A DNA stretch of 64,000 nt from an uncultured Clostridia bacterium (GCA_948485625.1 CAOMRW010000007.1:10117-74116); one strand, 5' to 3'; shown: positions 16,705-26,738, counted from the first letter of the stretch. Notes: a model not told the origin generated them from the letters alone. Program-made: numbers and translations.

Positions 16705-18987
16705 ATGTTAAAAGTATTGAAAAATTTGAAAGAATCATGGATATCAGTAATAGCAATTATAATATTACTAATGGTTCAAGCAGCATGTGATTTAACGCTT
16801 CCAGATTATACATCAAAAATAGTAAATGTTGGAATCCAAAATGGTGGTATTGAGGAAGTTTCACCAGAGGTAATAAGAAAGACTACAATGGATACTTTAC
16901 TTGTTTTTACTGAAGATGATGAACAAATATTGTTATCATATGAAGAGATTTCTAAAGAAAGTCTTGATAGTAAAAGTTATCAAAAATTAGTGAATCAATA
17001 TCCTGCTTTAGAAAATGAAACACTATATAAAATAAAGAAATTATCTAATGATGATAAAGAAAAATTAAATGCAATTATGGCCAAGCCTTTAATGATAACG
17101 AGTTATATTAATAATGAAGAAATGGCATCACAAATAAAAACACAAATGTTAACAAATTTGCCTCAAAATATGTCAGAACAGCAAAAGATGGCAATGGCTA
17201 ATATGGATTTATTAGATATTATTAAACAAATGCCACAAGAACAATTAAATCAAATGTTTATAGAAATAAATAAACAATTAGATAATATGCAAGATAGTAT
17301 ATTAGAACAAGCTGCTATTCAAGAAGTAAAAGAAGAATATAAAGCAATGGGAGTAAATACAGATAACTTACAAAATAAATACATAATAATATCTGGATTA
17401 AAAATGCTTGGAATTTCTTTAGTTATAATGGCATCTGCAATATCGATAATGCTATTAGCAGCAAGAGTAGGAGCAAGACTTGCTAAAACTTTAAGAGAGA
17501 AAGTATTTAAAAAAGTATTAAGCTTTTCTAATAAAGAGTTTTCTGAATTTAGTACAGCTTCTTTAATTACTCGTTCAACAAATGATATTCAACAAATACA
17601 AGGTTTGATAGGAATGCTATTTAGAGTAATTATATATGCCCCAATAATAGGAATTGGAGGATTTACAAGAGTATTAAGACAAAGCGATAATTCAATGGCT
17701 TGGATTATTGGTGTTGCAGTTTTAGGAATATTATTTGTTATTGCAACTTTGTTTACTATTGCAATGCCAAAATTTAAAAAATTACAAGAGTTAATAGATA
17801 AGGTGAATCTAGTTGCAAGAGAAATATTGACAGGATTATTAGCTATTAGAGCTTTTAATACAGAAAAGAGAGAGGAAAAAAGATTTGATATTGCTAATAT
17901 GGATTTGACTAAAACAAATTTATTTGTTAATAGAGCAATGAGTTTTATGATGCCTGTTTTGATGTTGATAATGAATTGTATTTCATTATTAATAGTATGG
18001 GTTGGAGCACATGGTGTTGATAGTGGAACGATGCAAGTTGGAAATATGATGGCATTTATTCAATATACAATGCAAATTGTGATGAGCTTTTTAATGATAT
18101 CAATGATGTCAATTATACTTCCAAGAGCATCAGTATCAGCTAATCGTATAAATGAAGTAATAGAAACAGATGAATTTATTAAAGAAAGTAAAAATCCAAA
18201 ACAATTAAAGCCTGATAAAAGAGGAGTTGTAGAGTTTAGAAATGTTTGTTTTAAATATCCAGATAGTGATGAAGAAGTTCTAAGTGATATAACATTTACT
18301 GCAAATCCTGGAGAGACAACTGCTATTATAGGAAGTACTGGAAGTGGTAAATCAACAGTTGTTAATTTAATACCAAGATTTTATGATATTACATCAGGAA
18401 ATTTGATTATTGATGGTGTTGATATAAAAGATATATCAAATAAAGATTTAAGAAGAATTATTGGATTTGTTCCTCAAAAGGGTATATTATTTTCAGGAAC
18501 AATAGAATCAAATATAAAATATGGAAATTCAGAGATGTCTGATGCGCAAATGATTGAAGCAGCCCAAATAGCACAGGCAGAAGAATTTATTGAAGCAAAA
18601 CCTTTGAAATATCAAGAACCAATAGCTCAAGGTGGAAGTAATGTATCTGGTGGACAAAAACAAAGGTTATCAATTGCAAGAGCAATTGCAATTAATCCAG
18701 AAATACTTGTATTTGATGATAGTTTTTCAGCTTTAGATTTTAAAACAGATAGTGTTTTAAGAGCAGAACTTAGTAAAAAAACAAAAGATAAGACAGTGAT
18801 AATAGTAGCACAAAGAATAAATACAATATTAAATGCAAATCAAATTATTGTATTAGAAGATGGAAAGATTGTAGGAAAAGGTACACATCAAGAGTTAATG
18901 AAAAATAATGAAACATATAGACAAATAGCATTATCACAATTGTCAAAAGAAGAATTAGATATAGAAGGAGGTAGTGAACATGAGTAA
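16705..18987 (+). CDS. ABC exporter subunit (TMD-NBD fusion), degenerate-site half of a heterodimer, with ~200-aa insertion after TM1
   Basis: Walker A GSTGSGKST, signature SGGQKQR, Walker B ILVFDDSFS with Asp in place of the catalytic Glu. ATG at 16705 follows AGAGGAGG; the track start at 16660 reads through the repeat. Confidence 0.85.
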   Translation: MLKVLKNLKESWISVIAIIILLMVQAACDLTLPDYTSKIVNVGIQNGGIEEVSPEVIRKTTMDTLLVFTEDDEQILLSYEEISKESLDSKSYQKLVNQYPALENETLYKIKKLSNDDKEKLNAIMAKPLMITSYINNEEMASQIKTQMLTNLPQNMSEQQKMAMANMDLLDIIKQMPQEQLNQMFIEINKQLDNMQDSILEQAAIQEVKEEYKAMGVNTDNLQNKYIIISGLKMLGISLVIMASAISIMLLAARVGARLAKTLREKVFKKVLSFSNKEFSEFSTASLITRSTNDIQQIQGLIGMLFRVIIYAPIIGIGGFTRVLRQSDNSMAWIIGVAVLGILFVIATLFTIAMPKFKKLQELIDKVNLVAREILTGLLAIRAFNTEKREEKRFDIANMDLTKTNLFVNRAMSFMMPVLMLIMNCISLLIVWVGAHGVDSGTMQVGNMMAFIQYTMQIVMSFLMISMMSIILPRASVSANRINEVIETDEFIKESKNPKQLKPDKRGVVEFRNVCFKYPDSDEEVLSDITFTANPGETTAIIGSTGSGKSTVVNLIPRFYDITSGNLIIDGVDIKDISNKDLRRIIGFVPQKGILFSGTIESNIKYGNSEMSDAQMIEAAQIAQAEEFIEAKPLKYQEPIAQGGSNVSGGQKQRLSIARAIAINPEILVFDDSFSALDFKTDSVLRAELSKKTKDKTVIIVAQRINTILNANQIIVLEDGKIVGKGTHQELMKNNETYRQIALSQLSKEELDIEGGSEHE

Positions 18988-20857
18988 TAAAGAAACAACT
19001 AAACAACCTCCAATGATGAATGGAAGAGGACCAATGGGAAGAGGTCCAGGTGGTCATGCACCAGCGGAAAAAGCAAAAGATATAAAAGGTACAACAAAGA
19101 AATTAGCAGGATTACTTTCTAAATATAAAATTGCAGTAATCATAGTTATTATATTTGCAATAGGAAGTACTTTGTTTAGTATTGTAGGTCCTAAAATATT
19201 AGGAAATGCTACAACAGAAATTTATACAGGTTTGATGAATAAAATAAATGGAACAGGTGGAATTGACTTTGGGAAAATTGGTCAAATAATTTTATGGGTC
19301 GTAGGATTATATGGAGCAAGTGCTATTTTTAATTTAATACAAAGTATTATAATGGCAGGAGTTTCTCAAAAGGTAACTTATAAAATGAGAAACGATTTAA
19401 CACATAAAATAAATAAATTGCCAATGAAGTATTTTGATAAAAGAACTAATGGTGAGGTTTTATCAATTATAACAAATGATGTTGATACATTAAGTACAGG
19501 ATTAAATCAAAGTATTACACAAATAATAACATCAATATGTACAATTATAGGAATATTAATAATGATGTTTTTAATTAGCTGGGAGATGACTATTGTTAGT
19601 TTATTAATATTGCCAATATCAGCTGTAATATTGAAAAAAGTTATAGGAAAATCACAAAAATACTTTGTTGAACAACAAGAATATTTAGCACATGTAAATG
19701 GTCAAGTAGAAGAAGTTTATAGTGGACACAATATAGTAAAAGTATTTGCTAGAGAAGAAGAAGCTATAAAAGAATTTGAAAAAGAAAATAAAGAATTGTA
19801 TAAATCAGGATGGCGTTCTCAATTCTTATCAGGTTTAATGCATCCATTAATGCATTTTGTTGGAAATGTTGGTTATGTATTAGTTGCAATTCTTGGAGGA
19901 TATTTTGCAATAAAAGGAAGAATTACAGTAGGAAATATTCAAAGTTTTATACAATATAATAAACAATTTACACAGCCAATTGGTCAAGTAGCACAAATAT
20001 CAAGCACAATACAAGCAATGATAGCAGCTGCGGAGAGAATATTTGAATTTTTAGAGGAAAATGAAGAAGTAGAAGATATTGAAAATCCAGTATCAATAGA
20101 TGGAATAAATGGAAATATTAAATTTGAACATGTTAATTTTGGATATGATGCTGATAAAACTATAATAAATGATTTCAATAGTGATGTAAAAGATGGACAA
20201 AAAATAGCAATAGTTGGTCCAACTGGAGCTGGAAAAACAACAATGGTTAAATTATTAATGAGATTTTATGATGTGAATTCTGGAGCTATTTTAATAGATG
20301 GACACAATGTAAAAGACTTTAGACGTGGAGAGCTTAGAAAATTATTTGGAATGGTACTTCAAGATACATGGTTATATAGTGGAACAATTAAAGATAATAT
20401 TAGATATAGTAAACCAGATGCAACAGATTCAGAAGTAATTGAAGCTGCAAAAGCTGCACATGTTCATCATTATATTAAAACATTATCAAAAGGATATAAT
20501 GCTATTATAAATGAAGAATCAAGTAATATTTCAGCAGGACAAAAACAATTATTGACAATAGCAAGAGTTATATTAGCAGACCCTAAAATATTGATTTTGG
20601 ATGAGGCTACAAGTTCGATTGATACTAGAACAGAACAACAAATTCAAGCTGCTATGGATAATTTAATGAAAGGTAGAACTAGTTTTATTATTGCACATAG
20701 ATTATCTACTATTAAAAATGCAGATTTAATTTTAGTTATGGATCATGGTGATATTGTAGAACAGGGAACTCATGAGGAATTGTTAGAGAAAGATGGATTT
20801 TATGCTAAATTGTATAATTCACAATTCGAAATCGAAGAACGGATAAAGAGGAATTAA
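18980..20857 (+). CDS. ABC exporter subunit (TMD-NBD fusion), consensus-site half
   Basis: Walker A GPTGAGKTT, signature SAGQKQL, Walker B ILILDEATS. Start overlaps the stop of the previous gene (translational coupling), RBS GAAGGAGG. Confidence 0.88.
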   Translation: MSNKETTKQPPMMNGRGPMGRGPGGHAPAEKAKDIKGTTKKLAGLLSKYKIAVIIVIIFAIGSTLFSIVGPKILGNATTEIYTGLMNKINGTGGIDFGKIGQIILWVVGLYGASAIFNLIQSIIMAGVSQKVTYKMRNDLTHKINKLPMKYFDKRTNGEVLSIITNDVDTLSTGLNQSITQIITSICTIIGILIMMFLISWEMTIVSLLILPISAVILKKVIGKSQKYFVEQQEYLAHVNGQVEEVYSGHNIVKVFAREEEAIKEFEKENKELYKSGWRSQFLSGLMHPLMHFVGNVGYVLVAILGGYFAIKGRITVGNIQSFIQYNKQFTQPIGQVAQISSTIQAMIAAAERIFEFLEENEEVEDIENPVSIDGINGNIKFEHVNFGYDADKTIINDFNSDVKDGQKIAIVGPTGAGKTTMVKLLMRFYDVNSGAILIDGHNVKDFRRGELRKLFGMVLQDTWLYSGTIKDNIRYSKPDATDSEVIEAAKAAHVHHYIKTLSKGYNAIINEESSNISAGQKQLLTIARVILADPKILILDEATSSIDTRTEQQIQAAMDNLMKGRTSFIIAHRLSTIKNADLILVMDHGDIVEQGTHEELLEKDGFYAKLYNSQFEIEERIKRN

Positions 20858-20865
20858 AGTATTGT

Positions 20866-21036
20866 GTGGTCTATGAAAAAGAACACTTTGAAGATATCTC
20901 CATTGCTCACAAACAAAGAAAAAGAAATGAAGTTATAAGAAAGAGAAAGTTGACAATCAAATGGGCAATTGATATCGATGATTTTGAATTTCAAATAGGA
21001 CATAGAAAATATAGATTAGAAATTTTAGATAAATAA
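20866..21036 (+). CDS. possible 56-aa basic protein or gene remnant (GTG start)
   Basis: VVYEKEHFEDISIAHKQRKRNEVIRKRKLTIKWAIDIDDFEFQIGHRKYRLEILDK*. No ATG. GAGGA lies 13 nt upstream. A terminator follows directly. Confidence 0.25.
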   Translation: MVYEKEHFEDISIAHKQRKRNEVIRKRKLTIKWAIDIDDFEFQIGHRKYRLEILDK

Positions 21037-21037
21037 A

Positions 21038-21072
21038 AGAAGGAAGATAATTGGAAAAGTCTTCCTTTTTTC
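21038..21072 (+). terminator. rho-independent terminator
   Basis: AGGAAG (21041-21046) pairs with CTTCCT (21061-21066), followed by a T-run. Confidence 0.55.
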
Positions 21073-21133
21073 TATTTTTTATGATATAAATAAGAAAATA
21101 TGAAATTTGTAACGTTATGTTATAAGTTTTATA

Positions 21134-22651
21134 ATGGAAGGATTTGAAATTATGAAATTGCCTACAAGTATAGAAAATATATTAAATGAAAATATTGTAG
21201 AAAATGCAAGATTAGAATTAAAGAGAAATTGGAATCCAGAGCCAATATTACATACAATTTGTGCATTTGCAAATGATATAGATAATTGGGGTGGAGGATA
21301 TATTTTAATAGGTCTTGAAGAAGAAAATGGTAGACCTAAAATGCCAATAACTGGACTTGAATTATCTGAAATAGATAGAATTCAAAAGGAATTATTAGCA
21401 AAATGTAAGCTAATTCAACCATCCTACACACCAATCGTAGATGTTGCACAATATAAAGGAAAAAATATATTAATAGTATGGTGTTTTGGAGGACAAACAA
21501 GACCATATAAATGTCCAACAACATTGGACAAAGACTTTTCAAAAGGATATTCATATTATATAAGAAAAATGTCAAGTACAGTAAAGGCAACAGAAATAGA
21601 ACAGAAAGAATTATATGAGATGGCAAGAACAATACCTTTTGATGATAGAATGAATCACGAAGCGGAAATTAGAGATTTAAAGTTACCATTAATTCAAAAT
21701 TACTTATATGAAATAAAAAGTGATTTGCTAAAACAATCTGAAACTATGGATTTTATGGATTTATGCAAAAGTATGAGAATTGTAGATGGAACGCCAGAAT
21801 ATATGAAACCTTTGAATGTAGGCTTAATGTTCTTTAATGATGAACCACAAAAATTCTTTCCGTATTCACAAATAGAAGTGGTGGATTTAAGAAATGGACC
21901 TGAAGGTGATGATATGACAGAGCAGATATTTAAAGGACCAATAGACAGTATGATAAAGAGTGCTTTAACATACATTAAAAATATTGTTATTGTCGAAAAA
22001 ATACTAAAGATAGATGGACAAGCAGAAGCGATAAGATTTTTTAATTATCCATATCAAGCGATAGAAGAAGCTTTAGTAAATGCAGTTTATCATAGAGGAT
22101 ATGATGTAAGAGAACCGGTAGAAGTAAGAATAATGGAAGATAGAATCCATATTGTAAGTTATCCTGGACCAGACCGTTCAATAAGCGAGAGATCAATTGA
22201 AGATAAAAATATGATAGCAAGAAAATATAGAAATCGTAGAATTGGAGAATTTTTAAAAGAATTAAAATTAACAGAAGGTAGAAATACAGGGATTCCGAAA
22301 ATAAAAAGAGCATTAAAGGATAATGGTTCAAAAGAGCCAGAATTTGAGACAAATGAAACAAGAGATTATTTTATTACAACAATATTTATGCATAATGGGT
22401 TCGAAAATGAAATGAAAGACCGACCAAGAACCGACCAAGAACCGACCAAGTTAAATGAGCAAGAAATAAAGATATTAGAATTCTGTAAAGAGCCACATAG
22501 TAAGAAAGAAATAATGGAATATATGGAATATAAACATACAAGAAATTTTACAATATTATATTTAAAACCACTGTTAGAAAAAGGATTATTACAAATGACT
22601 ATACCAGAAAAACCAAATCATAAGAATCAAAAATATGTAGAAAAAAGATAA
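21134..22651 (+). CDS. AlbA_2 (Schlafen-like) plus HATPase_c_4-type ATP-binding protein with C-terminal wHTH (often annotated RecG-like or transcriptional regulator)
   Basis: N-terminal ENARLELKRNWNPEPILHTICAFANDIDNWGGGYILIGL. Central ALVNAVYHRGY...VEVRIMEDRIHIVSYPGP...GRNTGIPKI. The C-terminal 70 aa is wHTH-like. Start may be the ATG at 21152. Confidence 0.6.
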   Translation: MEGFEIMKLPTSIENILNENIVENARLELKRNWNPEPILHTICAFANDIDNWGGGYILIGLEEENGRPKMPITGLELSEIDRIQKELLAKCKLIQPSYTPIVDVAQYKGKNILIVWCFGGQTRPYKCPTTLDKDFSKGYSYYIRKMSSTVKATEIEQKELYEMARTIPFDDRMNHEAEIRDLKLPLIQNYLYEIKSDLLKQSETMDFMDLCKSMRIVDGTPEYMKPLNVGLMFFNDEPQKFFPYSQIEVVDLRNGPEGDDMTEQIFKGPIDSMIKSALTYIKNIVIVEKILKIDGQAEAIRFFNYPYQAIEEALVNAVYHRGYDVREPVEVRIMEDRIHIVSYPGPDRSISERSIEDKNMIARKYRNRRIGEFLKELKLTEGRNTGIPKIKRALKDNGSKEPEFETNETRDYFITTIFMHNGFENEMKDRPRTDQEPTKLNEQEIKILEFCKEPHSKKEIMEYMEYKHTRNFTILYLKPLLEKGLLQMTIPEKPNHKNQKYVEKR

Positions 22652-22677
22652 AAAATTAAATTGAAAGAGTAAAAAAT

Positions 22678-23571
22678 ATGAGTAATAATTTGATTAAGCA
22701 AAAAAATAAAGAGAAAATATATAATGAAAAATACTTTGAGATTGTATATAGCAATAAACCAAACTATTTACATAATGAATTAGATATACCTGATTATTAT
22801 GTAGAAAGTAAAGAAGTAAAATTTGCAATTGAACTTACAACTTATTTTATGCAAGAAGATGAACAAAAAATAGTTGTATTAAAAAGAACTATAGCCAAAT
22901 TGTTAGAAAAAAATAATTGGTTATATGAGGCATATAAACATATTGGAAAAGTAAAGGAAGATACAATTAAAGTTCATTACAAACATAAAAAGGATATGAT
23001 AGAGGATGTATTAAAAGCTAAAGATTACATTAAGCATATAAGAATAGGAAATAATGCTTGGTTTTATACTAAAAATAGAATAAATTGTTACTTAATGAGC
23101 AATAATAGACAAGAACTAGAATTAGAAGAATTTTTAAAATATATAAATTTTGTAGAAAGTGATGAAAAATACATTTATATAGAATTAATTAAAAATAACA
23201 AGTATAATTTTTCTACAGAATTAATATATAATAGATATACTTTAAATAATAAAGAAAAATGTATTGATTATTCTTATATATATTGGGAAAATGAAGAAAA
23301 ACAGTATAATAGTTTAAAGAAATCGATTGATAAAAAGCTAAATAAATATGAACAATATACTAATAAATTATCTATGAATAATATTTCTTATGATAAATAT
23401 ATTTTGATTATATATCCAGAGCAATATCCATTAGATATTGAAAATTTTGATGAATTGTATATATATTTAAAAAAACAAATAAAAAATTTAAGATATGATG
23501 AAATTGGCATTTTTTTGTTTAATAAAGTTTTTGTATTAAGAGATACACAGTATATAGTTTATGATATTTGA
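22678..23571 (+). CDS. hypothetical protein (297 aa), no recognisable domain
   Basis: Begins 27 nt after the previous stop with RBS AAGAG. Lys/Asn/Tyr-rich. Followed by a terminator at 23702-23729. Confidence 0.5.
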   Translation: MSNNLIKQKNKEKIYNEKYFEIVYSNKPNYLHNELDIPDYYVESKEVKFAIELTTYFMQEDEQKIVVLKRTIAKLLEKNNWLYEAYKHIGKVKEDTIKVHYKHKKDMIEDVLKAKDYIKHIRIGNNAWFYTKNRINCYLMSNNRQELELEEFLKYINFVESDEKYIYIELIKNNKYNFSTELIYNRYTLNNKEKCIDYSYIYWENEEKQYNSLKKSIDKKLNKYEQYTNKLSMNNISYDKYILIIYPEQYPLDIENFDELYIYLKKQIKNLRYDEIGIFLFNKVFVLRDTQYIVYDI

Positions 23572-23701
23572 GATAATTTATTAATATATATAAAGTATAT
23601 AATATTTCAAAGTAGAGGAGTTATTCTGACTATATTTTTTCGTCCCTCATTGATACACAACACAGTTTGAAGATTGTGATGATGAAGTTGGATAGAATTA
23701 T

Positions 23702-23729
23702 AAAGAAGTGTTCAAATTGACACTTCTTT
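23702..23729 (+). terminator. terminator hairpin
   Basis: AAAGAAGTG-ttcaaattga-CACTTCTTT, then a T-rich tract. Confidence 0.55.
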
Positions 23730-23906
23730 ATAATTTTTAGCGAAACAGAAATGTCTGGTCTTGTGAATATTAGAAATAATGGTCGAAAAATAAGTCTGTT
23801 TTTCTATTATAGGAAGTATTAATTTTAAAAATACTATTCTTTTTTTAAATTTTTATGATAATATATAATAAATTGTAACAATAAAAGTAAGAAAAGGAAA
23901 ATTGAA

Positions 23907-24830
23907 ATGGCTAAAATTAACGAAAAAGAACTAAAAGAAATATTTAATCAATTAAAAAAGGATAATAAATCAATATTTGAAAAGTTTTATTCAAAGTATA
24001 ATAAATTAGTATATGGAATAGCATATAGTATTTTAAAGAATATAACAGACTCAGAAGATATTGTACAAACAGTTTTTACAAAGATATATGAACTAGAAAA
24101 AGAAAAACTTCCAACAAAAAATGAAGCTAGTTGGATATATACTTTAACAAAAAACGAAGCAATATCACTATTAAGAAAGAAAAATGAAAATATTGATTTA
24201 GACAGTATATATGAAATAGAAGATAATAATAATGAAATTAGTAGTACAATGGATAAACTAGAATTTAATAGATTAATATCTAAATTAAATGAAAAAGAAA
24301 AACAAATAATATCATTAAAAATATTATCTAATTTATCATTTGAACAAATAGGAAAATTATTAAATGAACCAACAGGAACAATCAAATGGAGATATTACAA
24401 ATCTATGAATACACTAAAAATATTACTTAGTAATTTAGGAATGTTTATAATAACATTCATTATAGGATTAAAAACATTAACTAAAAAAGATAGAAGTAAT
24501 AAAAAACAGGAAAGTACTACAGGAAAAGAGGAAATAAATCAAAATACAGAAATTCTAGAAGATAAACGTACAGAAGCAGAAATACAAGAAGCAGAGCAAG
24601 ATAAAAATGAAACTAAGAAAGAATATAATAATGTAGAAGAAAATATACAAGAAAATACAATAGAACAAGAAACAGTAATAATAACAGATATAGAAAATAA
24701 CCAAGAAAGTATTAATTATTTAGGAATAGGAATATTAATCATTTCAGGAGTATTTTTAGTTATAACAATAATTTTTTTCACTTTTTTTATAAAATACCAA
24801 CTAAAATTAAAAACAAAAACATCTAAATAA
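23907..24830 (+). CDS. ECF-type sigma-70 family factor fused to a C-terminal membrane-spanning extension
   Basis: Region 2 (VYGIAYSILKNITDSEDIVQTVFTKIY). Region 4 HTH (LSFEQIGKLLNEPTGTIKWRYYKSMNTL). Then TM LGMFIITFIIGL, an acidic ~90-aa linker and a second TM LGIGILIISGVFLVITIIFFTFF. Confidence 0.7.
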   Translation: MAKINEKELKEIFNQLKKDNKSIFEKFYSKYNKLVYGIAYSILKNITDSEDIVQTVFTKIYELEKEKLPTKNEASWIYTLTKNEAISLLRKKNENIDLDSIYEIEDNNNEISSTMDKLEFNRLISKLNEKEKQIISLKILSNLSFEQIGKLLNEPTGTIKWRYYKSMNTLKILLSNLGMFIITFIIGLKTLTKKDRSNKKQESTTGKEEINQNTEILEDKRTEAEIQEAEQDKNETKKEYNNVEENIQENTIEQETVIITDIENNQESINYLGIGILIISGVFLVITIIFFTFFIKYQLKLKTKTSK

Positions 24831-24855
24831 TAGAAAGGTTAAAAAGGTGATATTT

Positions 24856-26217
24856 ATGAAGAAAAGTGTAAAAATAATAATATGTATTTTTATAATATTA
24901 ATAATTATAGGAGGGATAATTTTTTTAATAGACTATAATAGAATTACTAACAATAAAGCCCCTTTAATAATGTCTTTTAGAAAAGAAAATAATTCAAATG
25001 AAGATAAAGTTACTAACAAAGAAGTTGGAAAAATTGTAAAAGTAGATGGAATTTTATATTATGACACAGGAAAAGAAAGTACAATAAAAGAACGTTGTGG
25101 AACTGTTGATGGACAAATCTCAACAAATATACCAACTAATGAAATTCCAGTAGAAGATAATCAATCAAATTTTCCAGGGAAGTATGGATATCAATATGTA
25201 ACAAAAGATACAATAGAATTACATATAGAGGAGAAATGGATTGTATTTAAAGCAAATACGCAAATAAATACAACATTGACTTTAGAAGATAAAATAAAGG
25301 ATAATACAATATGGTGTGGAACATTTCAGCTTATATGGAATGATTTAAAAAATGATTTAGCAAAACAAGATATAAAATTTGAACAACAATTAGAAGTAGT
25401 TGATAATTTAAATAAAGAAACATTTAAAACAAAGGATTTATCAGATAAATACTATTATAAAAAATATGGAACTCCTACAGCAGAACTGAAGAAAGAAATA
25501 GAAAAAGCAATAAAAGATAAATTTAATGAAAAAAGTGATATCTTAGATGATTTTGAATGGGTTGTAAAAGACAAAGGTGATTACTTTTTATATGCAATGT
25601 TAAAAAAAGAATTTCAATTTAATAAAGCTTTTGAAGAATTAGAAAAAGGCAAATTTGCAAATTATGAAAATGTAAATTATTTTGGAATAGAAAAAGATAG
25701 TGAAAGTGATGAATTAAGAGCACAAGTAAAAGTTTTGTATTATAATTCAAAAGATGACTTTTCTATAAAATTAAAAACTAAACAAGAAGATGAAGTTATA
25801 CTTTGTAAAAATCCAAAAGGTAATACTTTTAATGAAATATATACAAATATTGCTGGACAATCAAACAATTATCAAGGTAACAAAAATATACAAAAAGGAG
25901 AATTGCTAAAAGTTCCAAATATAAAAGTTAATGAGAAAACAGAATTTACAGACCTTGAAAAAAAGCCATTCTTATTTGCAAATGGAGATACTTATAGAAT
26001 TGAAAAAGCTTTACAGACAATACAATTTGAGTTAGATAGAACTGGTGGAAAGATAAAAAGTGAAGCGGGAATGATGGTAAGAAAAGAATCAGCAGTTATG
26101 ATAGATGAAATTAGAGAATTTGCATTAGATGATACATTTGCAATTTTCTTAATAGAAGATGGAAAAGATAAGCCTTATTTTGCAAGTAAGATAAGTGATA
26201 TAACAAAATTTCAATAA
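24856..26217 (+). CDS. membrane-anchored serpin-like protein (tentative)
   Basis: N-terminal TM. The C-terminal part fits the serpin hinge/RCL/strand pattern (IQFELDRTGGKIKSEAGMM...EFALDDTFAIFLIED...PYFASKISD). ATG at 24856. Confidence 0.4.
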   Translation: MKKSVKIIICIFIILIIIGGIIFLIDYNRITNNKAPLIMSFRKENNSNEDKVTNKEVGKIVKVDGILYYDTGKESTIKERCGTVDGQISTNIPTNEIPVEDNQSNFPGKYGYQYVTKDTIELHIEEKWIVFKANTQINTTLTLEDKIKDNTIWCGTFQLIWNDLKNDLAKQDIKFEQQLEVVDNLNKETFKTKDLSDKYYYKKYGTPTAELKKEIEKAIKDKFNEKSDILDDFEWVVKDKGDYFLYAMLKKEFQFNKAFEELEKGKFANYENVNYFGIEKDSESDELRAQVKVLYYNSKDDFSIKLKTKQEDEVILCKNPKGNTFNEIYTNIAGQSNNYQGNKNIQKGELLKVPNIKVNEKTEFTDLEKKPFLFANGDTYRIEKALQTIQFELDRTGGKIKSEAGMMVRKESAVMIDEIREFALDDTFAIFLIEDGKDKPYFASKISDITKFQ

Positions 26218-26284
26218 AAAATATGAATAGATATAGATATTTTAGATGTAAATTAAAGCTAATATATAAAGATGGAGAGATAAA

Positions 26285-26551
26285 ATGAAAACAGATTTAA
26301 TTACAATACCAAATGTTGGAGAAAGAACAAAAAAAGCATTATTGAAAATCGGAATTACCTGTGTTGAAGATTTAAAAGGAAAAAATCCAGAAGACTTATA
26401 CTTTAAAGATTGTATTTCTAAAGGATTTAAAGAAGATAAATGTGAATTATATGTTTTTAGGATGGCAGTTTATTATGCAGAACATACTATTTGGGAAGAG
26501 GAAAAATTAAAATGGTGGTATTGGAAAGATAAAGAATATCCAGAAAAATGA
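26285..26551 (+). CDS. helix-hairpin-helix domain protein (Cdd1/pathogenicity-locus-like)
   Basis: LITIPNVGERTKKALLKIGITCVEDL HhH motif. 88 aa. Confidence 0.5.
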   Translation: MKTDLITIPNVGERTKKALLKIGITCVEDLKGKNPEDLYFKDCISKGFKEDKCELYVFRMAVYYAEHTIWEEEKLKWWYWKDKEYPEK

Positions 26552-26628
26552 AATGTATGAAATAGATATTTGACTATGATAGTAAACAATATAGAATTAA
26601 TTTATGTTTACATTTGAATTATAAAACA

Positions 26629-26658
26629 AAAAAAGAATAGAGAAAACTATTCTTTTTT
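26629..26658 (+). terminator. rho-independent terminator
   Basis: AAAAAGAATAG-agaaaa-CTATTCTTTTT plus T-run. Confidence 0.65.
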
Positions 26659-26738
26659 GGAATTTTATGATAATATTAATAGAGAAAAAATAAAGAAAAA
26701 TTTGATATAAAATAAATTTATCAAATAGATAGGAAAAT

